Assembly: GCA_947259215.1 (NCBI GenBank)
Contig: CAMYLJ010000008.1
Coordinates: 153,256 to 217,255 of the forward strand
Source of the DNA: an uncultured delta proteobacterium
GTDB taxonomy: Bacteria; Myxococcota_A; UBA9160; JAFDET01
Length of the DNA: 64,000 nucleotides
Direction: 5' to 3'
The notes under the pieces were generated by a model, which was given only the letters and a program-made list of their open reading frames with translations, searched no databases and was not told the origin of the DNA. Shown piece by piece: positions 31,013 through 39,749 of this stretch (position 1 is the first letter of the stretch; the number at the start of each line of letters is the position of its first letter). Both the position numbers and the translations under genes were made by a program.

Positions 31013-31510
31013 CTAGCGCGTCCGGGCAAGGGCGCGCCGCGCCGCTGCGTCGGCGTGCCGACCGAGCGCCTGCGCGAACTTCCAGACCGGGACCACCGCC
31101 AGGGCGAACCCGATCCAGGCCGGCAGGTAGTAGAGGGTGATGTGGCCGTGGCTGAAGTCGCTGGCCCAGCCGTGCTGGTAGCGCCAGGGCTCGAGCCCCA
31201 GACGTTCGTAGCCGGCGCCGAAGCTCCACTCCACCGCGTAGATGATGATCACGCTGAGGGGCACGCGCACGGCGAGCCGCATCAGCCCGAGGTGCTCCGC
31301 CGCGGCCAGCAGCGGGCCGATCATCAGGTACACCGCGGTGTAGACCGGGATCATCAGCAGGGACACGCTGCCCTTGAAGCTCCCCTCCCACCCGACGACG
31401 GCGCCGGTGAAGACGACCTCCGTGCAGAGCCCGAACATCGAGAAGAGGGCCGCGCCCCAGATCGCGGAGCCGCGAGCGGTCGGACCCGGCGCTTCGAGGC
31501 TGGCCTGCAC
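31013..31510 (-). CDS. hypothetical integral membrane protein (4-5 TM)
   Basis: About 165 aa. GTG 31510 was chosen so that the first TM (AIWGAALFSMFGLCTEVVFTGAVV) is included. Lies 34 nt downstream of the GGDEF-EAL gene on the same strand. Start is uncertain. Confidence 0.55.
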   Translation of the reverse strand: MQASLEAPGPTARGSAIWGAALFSMFGLCTEVVFTGAVVGWEGSFKGSVSLLMIPVYTAVYLMIGPLLAAAEHLGLMRLAVRVPLSVIIIYAVEWSFGAGYERLGLEPWRYQHGWASDFSHGHITLYYLPAWIGFALAVVPVWKFAQALGRHADAAARRALARTR

Positions 31511-31544
31511 GACCGCGAGCGTACCGGAGCGCGGCCCGCTCGTC

Positions 31545-33326
31545 TCAGGAGCAGCGCCGCAGCACGTGCGGTGCGGGCACGCCCAGCTGGGCCCGCTCGC
31601 GCTCCTTCGAGAGCTCACGCAGGAATGCTTCCGCAGGGACGGGGCGCCCGAACAGGTAGCCCTGCATGAAGCGGCAGCCGTGGGATTGCAGGAACTCGCG
31701 CTGCGCCTGCGTCTCCACGCCCTCGGCCATGGTCTCGAGGTCGAGCTGATGGGCGAGCTCGATGATGGAGTTGACGATGGCAGCGTCGGCAGACTCATCG
31801 AACAGGCCGCGCACGAAGGACTGGTCGATCTTGATCGCGTCTACGGGCAGCCTCTTGAGTGCGCCGAGGCAGGAGTAGCCGGTGCCGAAGTCATCGATCG
31901 CCACCCGGACGCCGCGCTCGCGAAGCTCGCTCAACGCCTCGATCCCGCCCCCGCGTTCTTCCATCAGGCTGCTCTCCGTGATCTCCAACTCCAGTCGCTC
32001 CGGCTCGAGCTGATGCTGATCGAGCGCTCGCTGCACGCTACCGACGAAATCTCCATGCACAACCTGCCGAGCCGTGACGTTCACCGCCACGCGCAGCGGT
32101 CTCCCATCGAGGAGTGGCCAGCTCCGCGCCGCCGCGCACGCCAGCTCGATCACGTGAGCTCCCATGGGAACGATCAGGCCCCGACGCTCCGCGATCGCCA
32201 CGAATTCATCCGGACCGATCCAGCCGAGACGCGCGTGATGCCATCGCGCCAGGGCCTCTGCCCCGATCAGACAGCCCCGCTCGACGTCGACTTGCGGCTG
32301 GAAGTGACATGTGAGCTGGCCGCGCGCCACGGCGTCGCGCAGCTCTCCCTCCAGCTCGAGGTCGCGACGCGCTGCTGCGTCGAGCTTCGCGGAGAAGAAG
32401 GCGTAGCCATCGCGACCCGCCTCCTTTCTATGGTACATGGCGGTATCCGCTTTGCGGACGAGCTCTTCCGCCGTGCTGCCGTCGCGCGGAAACAGCGCGA
32501 TCCCGATGCTGATGGTCACGAAGACCTCGTGATCCAGGGCAAGCTGCGGTCGACCCAGCCGATGGGCGATCTCGCGGGCCACCCTCGTCGCGTCCCGCCC
32601 GTCTACCAGGTCCTCGAGGATCACCGCGAACTCGTCGCCCCCGAATCGTGCCGGTGTGTCGTTCTTGCGCACGGCCCCACGCAGGACGTTTGCCACCAGC
32701 TGCAGTACCGCATCTCCCGTGGCGTGACCCAGGGTGTCGTTGAGTTCCTTGAAGCGATCGATGTCGAGAAAGAGCACTGCCACCTGGGTGCCGTGTCGGG
32801 TGGCGGCCTGCATCGCGTGCTCCAGGCGGTCGAGGAAGATCGGGCGGTTCGACAGGCTCGTCAACGAATCGTGCGAGGCCAGGAAGCGCTCGCGCTCTCT
32901 CGCCAACTGGAGAAGCTGGAGCGTGCGGTTCCGCTCGATGGCGTAGCGGAGCGCGCGTGCGAGCAACCTGCGGTCGCGGATTCCCTTCACGACGAAGTCC
33001 TGGGCTCCAGACTTCAGCGCGTTGACCGCGAGGTCGCGATCATCGCTTCCGGTCATGATGACGATTGGCGTGTCGGCGGCGGCGGCTCGCAACCGTCGCA
33101 AGGTCGAGAGCCCGCTGCTGTCGGGTAGCGTCAGGTCCAGGAGGACCACGTCGAAGCGTTCGTGTTCCAAGCTCCGCAGCGCTTCGTCGAGACTCCGGGC
33201 CCACTGGAAGTCGAAGAACTCGCCCGGCTGATCGAGCAGCAGAGCCCGGGCGACCCGGGCGTCGAACGCGCTGTCCTCGACCAACAGAACCCGGGTCGGG
33301 CGGTGGACTGCGGCTCGCGAGGACAT
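31545..33326 (-). CDS. response-regulator receiver + GGDEF + EAL protein (c-di-GMP turnover)
   Basis: 593 aa from ATG 33326. REC (LLVEDS, VVLLDLTLPD, IMTG, FVVKG). GGDEF with an intact RFGGDEF active site and an RKND I-site 5 residues upstream. EAL with EALAR, DDFGTGYS, EGVET, KIDQSF and QGYLFGRP all intact. Confidence 0.9.
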   Translation of the reverse strand: MSSRAAVHRPTRVLLVEDSAFDARVARALLLDQPGEFFDFQWARSLDEALRSLEHERFDVVLLDLTLPDSSGLSTLRRLRAAAADTPIVIMTGSDDRDLAVNALKSGAQDFVVKGIRDRRLLARALRYAIERNRTLQLLQLARERERFLASHDSLTSLSNRPIFLDRLEHAMQAATRHGTQVAVLFLDIDRFKELNDTLGHATGDAVLQLVANVLRGAVRKNDTPARFGGDEFAVILEDLVDGRDATRVAREIAHRLGRPQLALDHEVFVTISIGIALFPRDGSTAEELVRKADTAMYHRKEAGRDGYAFFSAKLDAAARRDLELEGELRDAVARGQLTCHFQPQVDVERGCLIGAEALARWHHARLGWIGPDEFVAIAERRGLIVPMGAHVIELACAAARSWPLLDGRPLRVAVNVTARQVVHGDFVGSVQRALDQHQLEPERLELEITESSLMEERGGGIEALSELRERGVRVAIDDFGTGYSCLGALKRLPVDAIKIDQSFVRGLFDESADAAIVNSIIELAHQLDLETMAEGVETQAQREFLQSHGCRFMQGYLFGRPVPAEAFLRELSKERERAQLGVPAPHVLRRCS

Positions 33327-33334
33327 CGCAGGCG

Positions 33335-34174
33335 CTACCGCCGGCGTGCGGCGACCGCGAGCAGCTGACGGACGCGCCGTACGTGCGTGCGTGCCACGAT
33401 CTGCACGAGGCGCTGGGCGAGGAGCGGCTTCGCAACCCGCAGATAGGTGAACGAGGAACGTGAGATGTCGACGAGCGTCGTGTCCGTCGCGGCGAGCGCA
33501 GACTCGAGGTTCGGCGTTCCCGCGGTGATCGGGAGCCCGCCGAACACGCTGCCCGGATCCAGCTCGAGGAGGGAGACCTCGTCCCCAGGACCGAAGCGGT
33601 AGCGCAGATTCACGCGCCCCGATCGGACGACGAAGATGGAGTCGTCTCCGGGTCGACATGCATCCTGGGGATAGATCGAGCGTCCGCTCGGGACCCTGCG
33701 CAGCCGACTGATCTGGGCGATGCTCGTGGCGTCGTCGGCGCCGAGTTCGCTGAGCTCGGACGTCGAATACAGGAACAGGCCGAGGGTCTTTCCGGCTGCA
33801 TGCACCAGGTCCCAGAGCCGGGAGACGTTCGATTCTTCGGGAGCCTGGAAGGCGATGCCCGAGAGAAACGATTCCTCACTGGAGGAATCCGCCTGCCAGC
33901 GGCCCTCGGCTTTGAAAGGAAGGGATCGGTCGGGCAGCTCCAGCGCGACGCGATGCACGGAGCGCAGCGCGAACATCGAGCGCGTGGCGACGCACACGCC
34001 CCCGACGCTGAGATCGCGAGCGTGCCCCGGCAGCGGGCCCTCGAAGCCCGTGCTGTAGATCTCCACGGGAAAGTCGACTGCGACACGAGGAGCCGCTCGC
34101 GCTTCGATGACCACCGCGGCCGCCTCTATCAGGCCGGTGGAGTGCGGCTCGATCGGCGCTTCGACCGCACTCAT
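33335..34174 (-). CDS. PilZ domain + cyclic-nucleotide-binding-like (CAP effector) domain protein, paralogue 1
   Basis: 279 aa from ATG 34174 (ATGA overlap with the upstream paralogue). PilZ motifs RAAPR (RxxxR) and DLSVGG (DxSxxG). The C-terminal cNMP-domain pattern FVVRSGRV..LDPGSVFGGLP...ESALAATDTTLV has G for the Glu and E for the Arg of the phosphate-binding cassette. Confidence 0.8.
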   Translation of the reverse strand: MSAVEAPIEPHSTGLIEAAAVVIEARAAPRVAVDFPVEIYSTGFEGPLPGHARDLSVGGVCVATRSMFALRSVHRVALELPDRSLPFKAEGRWQADSSSEESFLSGIAFQAPEESNVSRLWDLVHAAGKTLGLFLYSTSELSELGADDATSIAQISRLRRVPSGRSIYPQDACRPGDDSIFVVRSGRVNLRYRFGPGDEVSLLELDPGSVFGGLPITAGTPNLESALAATDTTLVDISRSSFTYLRVAKPLLAQRLVQIVARTHVRRVRQLLAVAARRR

Positions 34175-35022
34175 CGCGTCACCGTGGTGTGGGCGCCCGC
34201 GTACGGGGTTCGGGCCAGCAACGCGGACGCGCGGCCACCGTATACCCGGGTGACGGCCTCGGACAGGCACTGGGCAAGCCAGGGCTTCGTCATGGACAGC
34301 GTCTCGAACACGGCCGGTGTGATCTCCAGCAGGGCTACGGCGTCCTTTGCCACGGCGGATTCGGGCGGAGGAACGTCGGCGACCAGTGGCATGCCTCCGA
34401 ACAGACGCCCGGGCTCGAGGCGATCGAACGCGGCCGGACGCCCATCCGCCGCCTCCACGCGCAAAGCGACCGAGCCCTTCCACACCACGAAGATCGAGGT
34501 CGCACCGGCTTCGAGGCTGCTCTGGTGATAGATCCACTCGCCAGGAGCCACATGCCGCAGCCGGCTGGCGTGACAGATTCCGAGCAGCTCCTCGATTCCG
34601 AATCCCTTGCAGTCGCCGCGTCCGTAGAGGAACCGGGCCAGCTTGCTCCCGTGGTCCACCACCAGATCCCAGAGACGCGCGGTATCCCGCTGCCGTTCCG
34701 CTCCGAAGGAGACCCCGGTGAGGAACGCCCCCTCCTGCTTGGCGAAGCGCTGCCACACGCCCTGGGCTTCCACCAGCATCCGGCCTCCCGGCAGCTGGAG
34801 CACGGCCTGTTTCAGGGATCGCAGCGCGAACATGGAGCGGCTTTCGACGCACATACCCCGGAGGCCCAGATCGCGGCTCCGGGCCGACAGCGGACCGTCG
34901 AACCCCTCGCTGTAGAGCTCCACAGGATATTGGGCGGCGATCCGGGGACCCCGCACGCCGGGACGCGCCGTGGCGCGCTTCGAGATGAGGCGGTCCGGGC
35001 TCGCCTGCGTTGTTGCGGTCAT
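34171..35022 (-). CDS. PilZ domain + cyclic-nucleotide-binding-like domain protein, paralogue 2
   Basis: 283 aa from ATG 35022 (GAGGGAGGG upstream). RPGVR (RxxxR) and DLGLRG (DxSxxG with S to G). cNMP-like FVVWKGSV..LEPGRLFGGMP..PESAVAKDAVALL. Confidence 0.8.
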   Translation of the reverse strand: MTATTQASPDRLISKRATARPGVRGPRIAAQYPVELYSEGFDGPLSARSRDLGLRGMCVESRSMFALRSLKQAVLQLPGGRMLVEAQGVWQRFAKQEGAFLTGVSFGAERQRDTARLWDLVVDHGSKLARFLYGRGDCKGFGIEELLGICHASRLRHVAPGEWIYHQSSLEAGATSIFVVWKGSVALRVEAADGRPAAFDRLEPGRLFGGMPLVADVPPPESAVAKDAVALLEITPAVFETLSMTKPWLAQCLSEAVTRVYGGRASALLARTPYAGAHTTVTR

Positions 35023-35041
35023 TGGATCCCTCCCTCGTGCC

Positions 35042-35683
35042 TCAAGCAGACACGATCCCTTCTCGGATGGCGTAGCGGACCAGGCCGGATGCCTTGTGGA
35101 CACCGACCTTCTCCATGAGATTTGCGCGATGGGTCTGCGCCGTCTTCACCGAGATGCCGAGTTCGGCAGCGATCTCCTTGGTCGACATGCCTTCGGCGAT
35201 CAGCTGGATGACCTCTCGCTGGCGACTGGTGAGGTCCGTCTGGTCAAACGACCCCGCCGCGCGCGACGTGATCGCGCTCACGACCTGATCCGCCGTCGCA
35301 GGAGCCAGGTACGAGCTGCCCCGGCGCACCCTGCGGATTGCATCCACCAGGTCCTCTGCCGAGGAGGTCTTCGGGACGAACCCGAACGCCCCGGCGAGCA
35401 GGGCGTTCCGGACCTGGCCGGGACCTTCCTGCGAGGAGAGCACGATGCAGCGAGTTCGCGGAGTCTCGCGCCGGATCCGGCGGACCGTCTCGATGCCGCA
35501 GAGCCGAGGGAGGTGGCTCTCCACCAGCGCCACGTCGGGCTCGCTTTCGCGCGCCAGCTCCACGGCTTCCCGGCCGTCTTCCGCCTCCGCGACCACCCGG
35601 AACTCGGGGTAGGCCGCCAGGATTCCCCGAAGGCCCTGCCGGATCATGCGCTGCGAATCCGCGATCAGAATCGAGGTCTCCAT
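35042..35683 (-). CDS. NarL/LuxR-family response regulator with an aspartate-less receiver (Glu at the phospho-acceptor position)
   Basis: 213 aa from ATG 35683 (GAAGGAGGGGAAGGAAG upstream). LuxR HTH LTSRQREVIQLIAEGMSTKEIAAELGISVKTAQTHR. Receiver reads ILIADS...PDVALVESHLP, where the paralogue at 39105 reads LLVDDH...PDLVLMDVWMP. Confidence 0.85.
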   Translation of the reverse strand: METSILIADSQRMIRQGLRGILAAYPEFRVVAEAEDGREAVELARESEPDVALVESHLPRLCGIETVRRIRRETPRTRCIVLSSQEGPGQVRNALLAGAFGFVPKTSSAEDLVDAIRRVRRGSSYLAPATADQVVSAITSRAAGSFDQTDLTSRQREVIQLIAEGMSTKEIAAELGISVKTAQTHRANLMEKVGVHKASGLVRYAIREGIVSA

Positions 35684-36093
35684 CTTCCTTCCCCTCCTTC
35701 GGAAGATCGTCCCACTCGTGGGCGCCCTCGTAGGTGATCGGCCGACGACCAGAGCGCCGGATCGCGCGATTCGTGTATTTTCCTTCCTGTTTCTGACGAG
35801 AGCGCCTCGCTCCAAGCACGTATCCGGACTACGCAATCCGCACGAGGCAGGGCCGGTAATACGACCCATGCCAGGCTGCTTGCTGCGATCGAACCAATCG
35901 AAGTTGCACGTGATTTGCCGTAGCGGCTCCACCCGGGCCGCTGGGGTCTACCGCGCCGCGCTGCGACGGACGGATGCCGCCGGGGCGGGAGCCGAGACCG
36001 CCGAGCGGCACGCGCTGGAACGGGATCTCGCGAGCGGGATCCTGGACGAGAGCTACGAGGAGGCGGAAGCGCTGGCTCGGTTGACGATCCCGC

Positions 36094-38856
36094 TCAAGCG
36101 ACCGGGCGCGGCGCCGGGCTCGGAAGGAACTGCGCCACCTTTGCCAGGAGCTCGGCCGCGCCGTAGGGCTTCGCCAGGAAGCCCGCGGGCCCTTCGGGCC
36201 CGAGCTCCGCGAGGGACGTCTCATCGGCCCAGCCGCTCGACGCCAGGATCCGAACGTCGGGTCGGATCCCGCGCAGCTCCTGCATGACCTCCCGGCCGCT
36301 CATCTGGGGCATGGTCAGGTCGAGCAGGACGACGTCGATCTCGTCGGCGTGGGCCTTGAAGATGTCCAGGGCCCGGCTTCCCGTGGCGGCGACCAGCACG
36401 CGCAGGCCCGCCTGCTCCAGGATGCCGCGAGCGCCGCTCTGCACCCCGGGCTCGTCGTCCACGACCAGCACGGTGCCGCTGACGTACGGGCGGTCTTCGT
36501 CCGACGCAACCACCACGGAAGGTTTGCAACCGGTGGCGCACGGGAAGAGGACGCGGAAGGTCGTTCCGAAGTCCGGGTTGGAGTCGAGCTCGATGGCGCC
36601 GCCGTGGCGGCGCACGATCCCGAGCGCGGCTGCCAGCCCCAGGCCCCGCCCATAGAACTTGGTGGTGAAGAACGGGTCGAAGATTCGCGCCTGCGTGGCC
36701 GCGTCCATTCCGCAGCCGGTGTCGGAGACCTCGAGAAACACGCAGCACTCGGCGGTCTGCTCGGGACCGAGCGCCGTGCAGCCGAGCTCATCGGGCGTCC
36801 TGCGGACGACGCCCGTCCGCAGGCCCACGACGCCAGGATCCCCTCCCAGCGCGTCGGATGCGTTGGTGATGAGGTTCATCGCCACCTGCCGGATCTGACT
36901 CGGATCGCCCCGGATGGCCGGCAGATTCGCCTGGAAGTCGCAGCGGAGGTCCGCTCTATCGGAGATCGATGCCCGGAGGAGCTGGGCGGTCTCCTCGACC
37001 AGGCGTGAGAGGTCGACCGCCTCCGCCACGGAGCGCGCCTTGCCCGCGTAGGCCAGGAGCTGGTGGGTGAGCTCGGATGCCCGCCTGGCGGCGAGCCGGA
37101 TCTCCTCGAGGTCCGCGCGGCTCGTCGACCCGGGCGGCTGCTTCATCAGGGCGAGCTCGGCGTTGGCGAGCACGCCCACCAGGAGGTTGTTGAAGTCGTG
37201 AGCGATCCCTCCTGCCAGGACGCCAAGGCTCTCGAGCTTCTGCCCGTGGTGCATCCGTGCCTCGAGGCGCGCGCGCGCTTCGTCAGCACGCTTCTGCTCC
37301 GTGACGTCGGTGTGCGTGCCCACGAACCGCAGCGGGTTGCCCGCCACGTCGCGCTCCACGACAGCGCCGCGATCCCGAAACCAGCGCCAGTCCCCCGCCT
37401 TGGTGCGCAGGCGCATCTCGCACTCGTAGCGCGGGGTGCGACCCTCGAGATGCGCAGCGACCGCAGCGCGGAAGCGTGGCTGATCTTCCGGATGCATGAA
37501 CTCGCGCCACATCTCCGACCAGGGCGCGAAGTCGTCCGGCGCATGGCCGATGGAGGCATACCACTCGTCGCTCAGGTGGAGCTCGTCACGCGACAGGTTC
37601 CAATCCCAGCCACCGTCGCTCACGGCGTCGAGCGTGAGTCGCACCCGCTCCTCGCTCTGGCGCCGCGCGCTCTCCGCCTGCTTGCGTTGCGCGATCTCCC
37701 GGCTGAGATCCTCGTTCACGGCAACGATCTCCGCCGTGCGCTCCGCGACGCGGTCTTCGAGCCGCTCCCGCTCCTCTTGCAGCTCGCGGGTGCGGAGCCG
37801 GACGAGCGTCTCCACCCGGCGAGTGCGGCGGACGATCCCGGCGAAGTACGCGACCGCGGCTGCGGTCGCAAGCAGCAGCCCGCCGAACGATCGCGCCGGT
37901 CCGTACGTCCGGCCGGCAGCCAGCGCTGCGGCGGTGGGCTCGAGCTGCAGTTCCCAGGTGCGGCCGCCCAGGTCGATTCGGGTCGAGCGCGCCAGCTCGG
38001 CCGCGCTGGAGCGCCCCGGCTCCGCGCTCGGCAGGAGAACGTCGGGCGACTCGGAAGCGGGACGTCCCGTGTGGAGCTCGGCCGCCGGTCCGGTCACGTC
38101 GACGATCCGCAGGCGGAACGCGCCATCGAAGGAAGCCAGCGCCTCGGCGAGCATGTCGTCGAGGTGGAAGACGCCGACGATCACGCCTTCCAGGCGATCG
38201 AGCCGGTGGGGGCCCTCGCCCGGCTCCTGCCGCTGGTAGAGCGGGAAGAAGGCGAGGAAGCCTGTGCGATGCTCGTCGTCTTGCACGAGCTCGATTCGCT
38301 CCGTGAGGCTCAGCTTGCCAGTGGCCGCCGCGCGCTCGAGCGCCGCGCGGCGTCGAGGTTCCGACCCCACGTCGTAGCCGAGCGCCACCCGGTTGCCCGA
38401 GAGCGGCTCGATGTACCGCACGACGAAGTGGAAGGGACGCCCGGCGGCCGGCCGCAGGGCGCCCGGCGGGCCTTCGGTGATCTCGTAGTCGGCCAGCCCG
38501 TCGGTCCGGGCGGCGGCCTCGTGATCGGCCCGGTCCTCGCGACGAACCGCCGGGTTCCAGCTCAGGGCTCGAAGCCCCGGCGCCCGCATGCCGAGCCGTT
38601 GAGCGACGGCGCGGAACTCTTCGGGCGCTACCTCTCCGGCTCCCGCGAAGAGCGCCCCGACCGCCTCGACCACGAGGATCTGGTCCTCCAGCGCGTGCTG
38701 CACTGCCAGCACGCGTTCGGTCGCGTGGAGCTCGAGGTGCGCCCGGAGCGCCCGCTCCTCCGCGAGCACGTGCGACCGCCACGAGCCGAAGCTCGCAGCC
38801 ACCCCGATCACCCCAACCATCCACGGCCGGATCCAGCGCCAGACCGGCGACTGCAT
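36094..38856 (-). CDS. hybrid sensor histidine kinase: TM-CHASE-TM-PAS-HisKA-HATPase-REC
   Basis: 920 aa from ATG 38856 (the ORF opens at GTG 38949, and the first TM starts right after 38856). CHASE (FHFVVRYIEPLSGNRVALGYDVGSEPRRRAALERAAATGK), PAS, H-box GGIAHDFNNLL, N/G boxes, C-terminal REC (VLVVDDE, VVLLDLTMPQMSG, AKP). Confidence 0.9.
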   Translation of the reverse strand: MQSPVWRWIRPWMVGVIGVAASFGSWRSHVLAEERALRAHLELHATERVLAVQHALEDQILVVEAVGALFAGAGEVAPEEFRAVAQRLGMRAPGLRALSWNPAVRREDRADHEAAARTDGLADYEITEGPPGALRPAAGRPFHFVVRYIEPLSGNRVALGYDVGSEPRRRAALERAAATGKLSLTERIELVQDDEHRTGFLAFFPLYQRQEPGEGPHRLDRLEGVIVGVFHLDDMLAEALASFDGAFRLRIVDVTGPAAELHTGRPASESPDVLLPSAEPGRSSAAELARSTRIDLGGRTWELQLEPTAAALAAGRTYGPARSFGGLLLATAAAVAYFAGIVRRTRRVETLVRLRTRELQEERERLEDRVAERTAEIVAVNEDLSREIAQRKQAESARRQSEERVRLTLDAVSDGGWDWNLSRDELHLSDEWYASIGHAPDDFAPWSEMWREFMHPEDQPRFRAAVAAHLEGRTPRYECEMRLRTKAGDWRWFRDRGAVVERDVAGNPLRFVGTHTDVTEQKRADEARARLEARMHHGQKLESLGVLAGGIAHDFNNLLVGVLANAELALMKQPPGSTSRADLEEIRLAARRASELTHQLLAYAGKARSVAEAVDLSRLVEETAQLLRASISDRADLRCDFQANLPAIRGDPSQIRQVAMNLITNASDALGGDPGVVGLRTGVVRRTPDELGCTALGPEQTAECCVFLEVSDTGCGMDAATQARIFDPFFTTKFYGRGLGLAAALGIVRRHGGAIELDSNPDFGTTFRVLFPCATGCKPSVVVASDEDRPYVSGTVLVVDDEPGVQSGARGILEQAGLRVLVAATGSRALDIFKAHADEIDVVLLDLTMPQMSGREVMQELRGIRPDVRILASSGWADETSLAELGPEGPAGFLAKPYGAAELLAKVAQFLPSPAPRPVA

Positions 38857-39104
38857 CGAGCTCGAGACCCCCTGGAGGACGGAGGCAAGGCTACCAGACC
38901 CGCAGCCGATCCCATGCCGCAAGCAAGATTGACAGCCCTCGTGCTTCACATGGAGACGTAGGGGAGATCACACTACACCGCGGCATAATGCGGACATTCG
39001 CGCCATACGTAGAAGTCGGGATGTCCAGTCTGGTCGGAAAGCCGTAGGCTGAAAGTGACGTTCAAGCTGGACCGCGCACTCTAGGTTGTGGGGGTAACAG
39101 AATC

Positions 39105-39749
39105 ATGACCGCGACCGTTCTTCTGGTGGACGACCACGGGATCGTTCGCGACGGGTTACGCAGCCTGCTCGAGCGAGACGACGAGCTGGAGGTGGTGGGA
39201 GAGGCGGAGGACGGACGCGCGGCTGTCGCGATGGCGGGTCAGCTGACGCCCGACCTGGTGCTCATGGACGTCTGGATGCCGAGCCTCTCCGGGATCGAGG
39301 CCACTCGCCAGATCGTGAGCAGCGGGATCGATTGCAGGGTCTTGATGCTCTCGCAGCACGATCGCTGGGACCACGTCCGCCAGGCGCTGGAGGCGGGTGC
39401 GGCGGGCTACGTGCTGAAGAGCGCGCTGGCGTGCGAGCTGCTCGACGCGATCGTCGCCGTTCGCCGGGGCCGCACCTATCTCTCCCCCGAGATCGCGGGT
39501 GACCTGGTGGGCGCCGTCGTCTCGCCCGGCAGCAGCGTGTCCTCCGGCGTGCGGCAGCTGACGAATCGGGAGCGGGAGGTCCTGCTCCTGATCGCGGAAG
39601 GTCTCTCCAGCAAGGAGATCGCGACAGAGCTCGGCGTCTCCCCCCGTACGGTGGAGACCCACCGGGCGAGCCTGATGGACAAGCTCGGCATCCACAAGGT
39701 CTCGGGGCTCGTGCGCTTCGCGATCCACGAAGGGCTCATCGCTCCCTAG
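39105..39749 (+). CDS. NarL/LuxR-family response regulator (canonical receiver)
   Basis: 214 aa. Motifs: LLVDDH, DLVLMDVWMPSLSG, LMLSQH, YVLKS. HTH LTNREREVLLLIAEGLSSKEIATELGVSPRTVETHR. Confidence 0.9.
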   Translation: MTATVLLVDDHGIVRDGLRSLLERDDELEVVGEAEDGRAAVAMAGQLTPDLVLMDVWMPSLSGIEATRQIVSSGIDCRVLMLSQHDRWDHVRQALEAGAAGYVLKSALACELLDAIVAVRRGRTYLSPEIAGDLVGAVVSPGSSVSSGVRQLTNREREVLLLIAEGLSSKEIATELGVSPRTVETHRASLMDKLGIHKVSGLVRFAIHEGLIAP

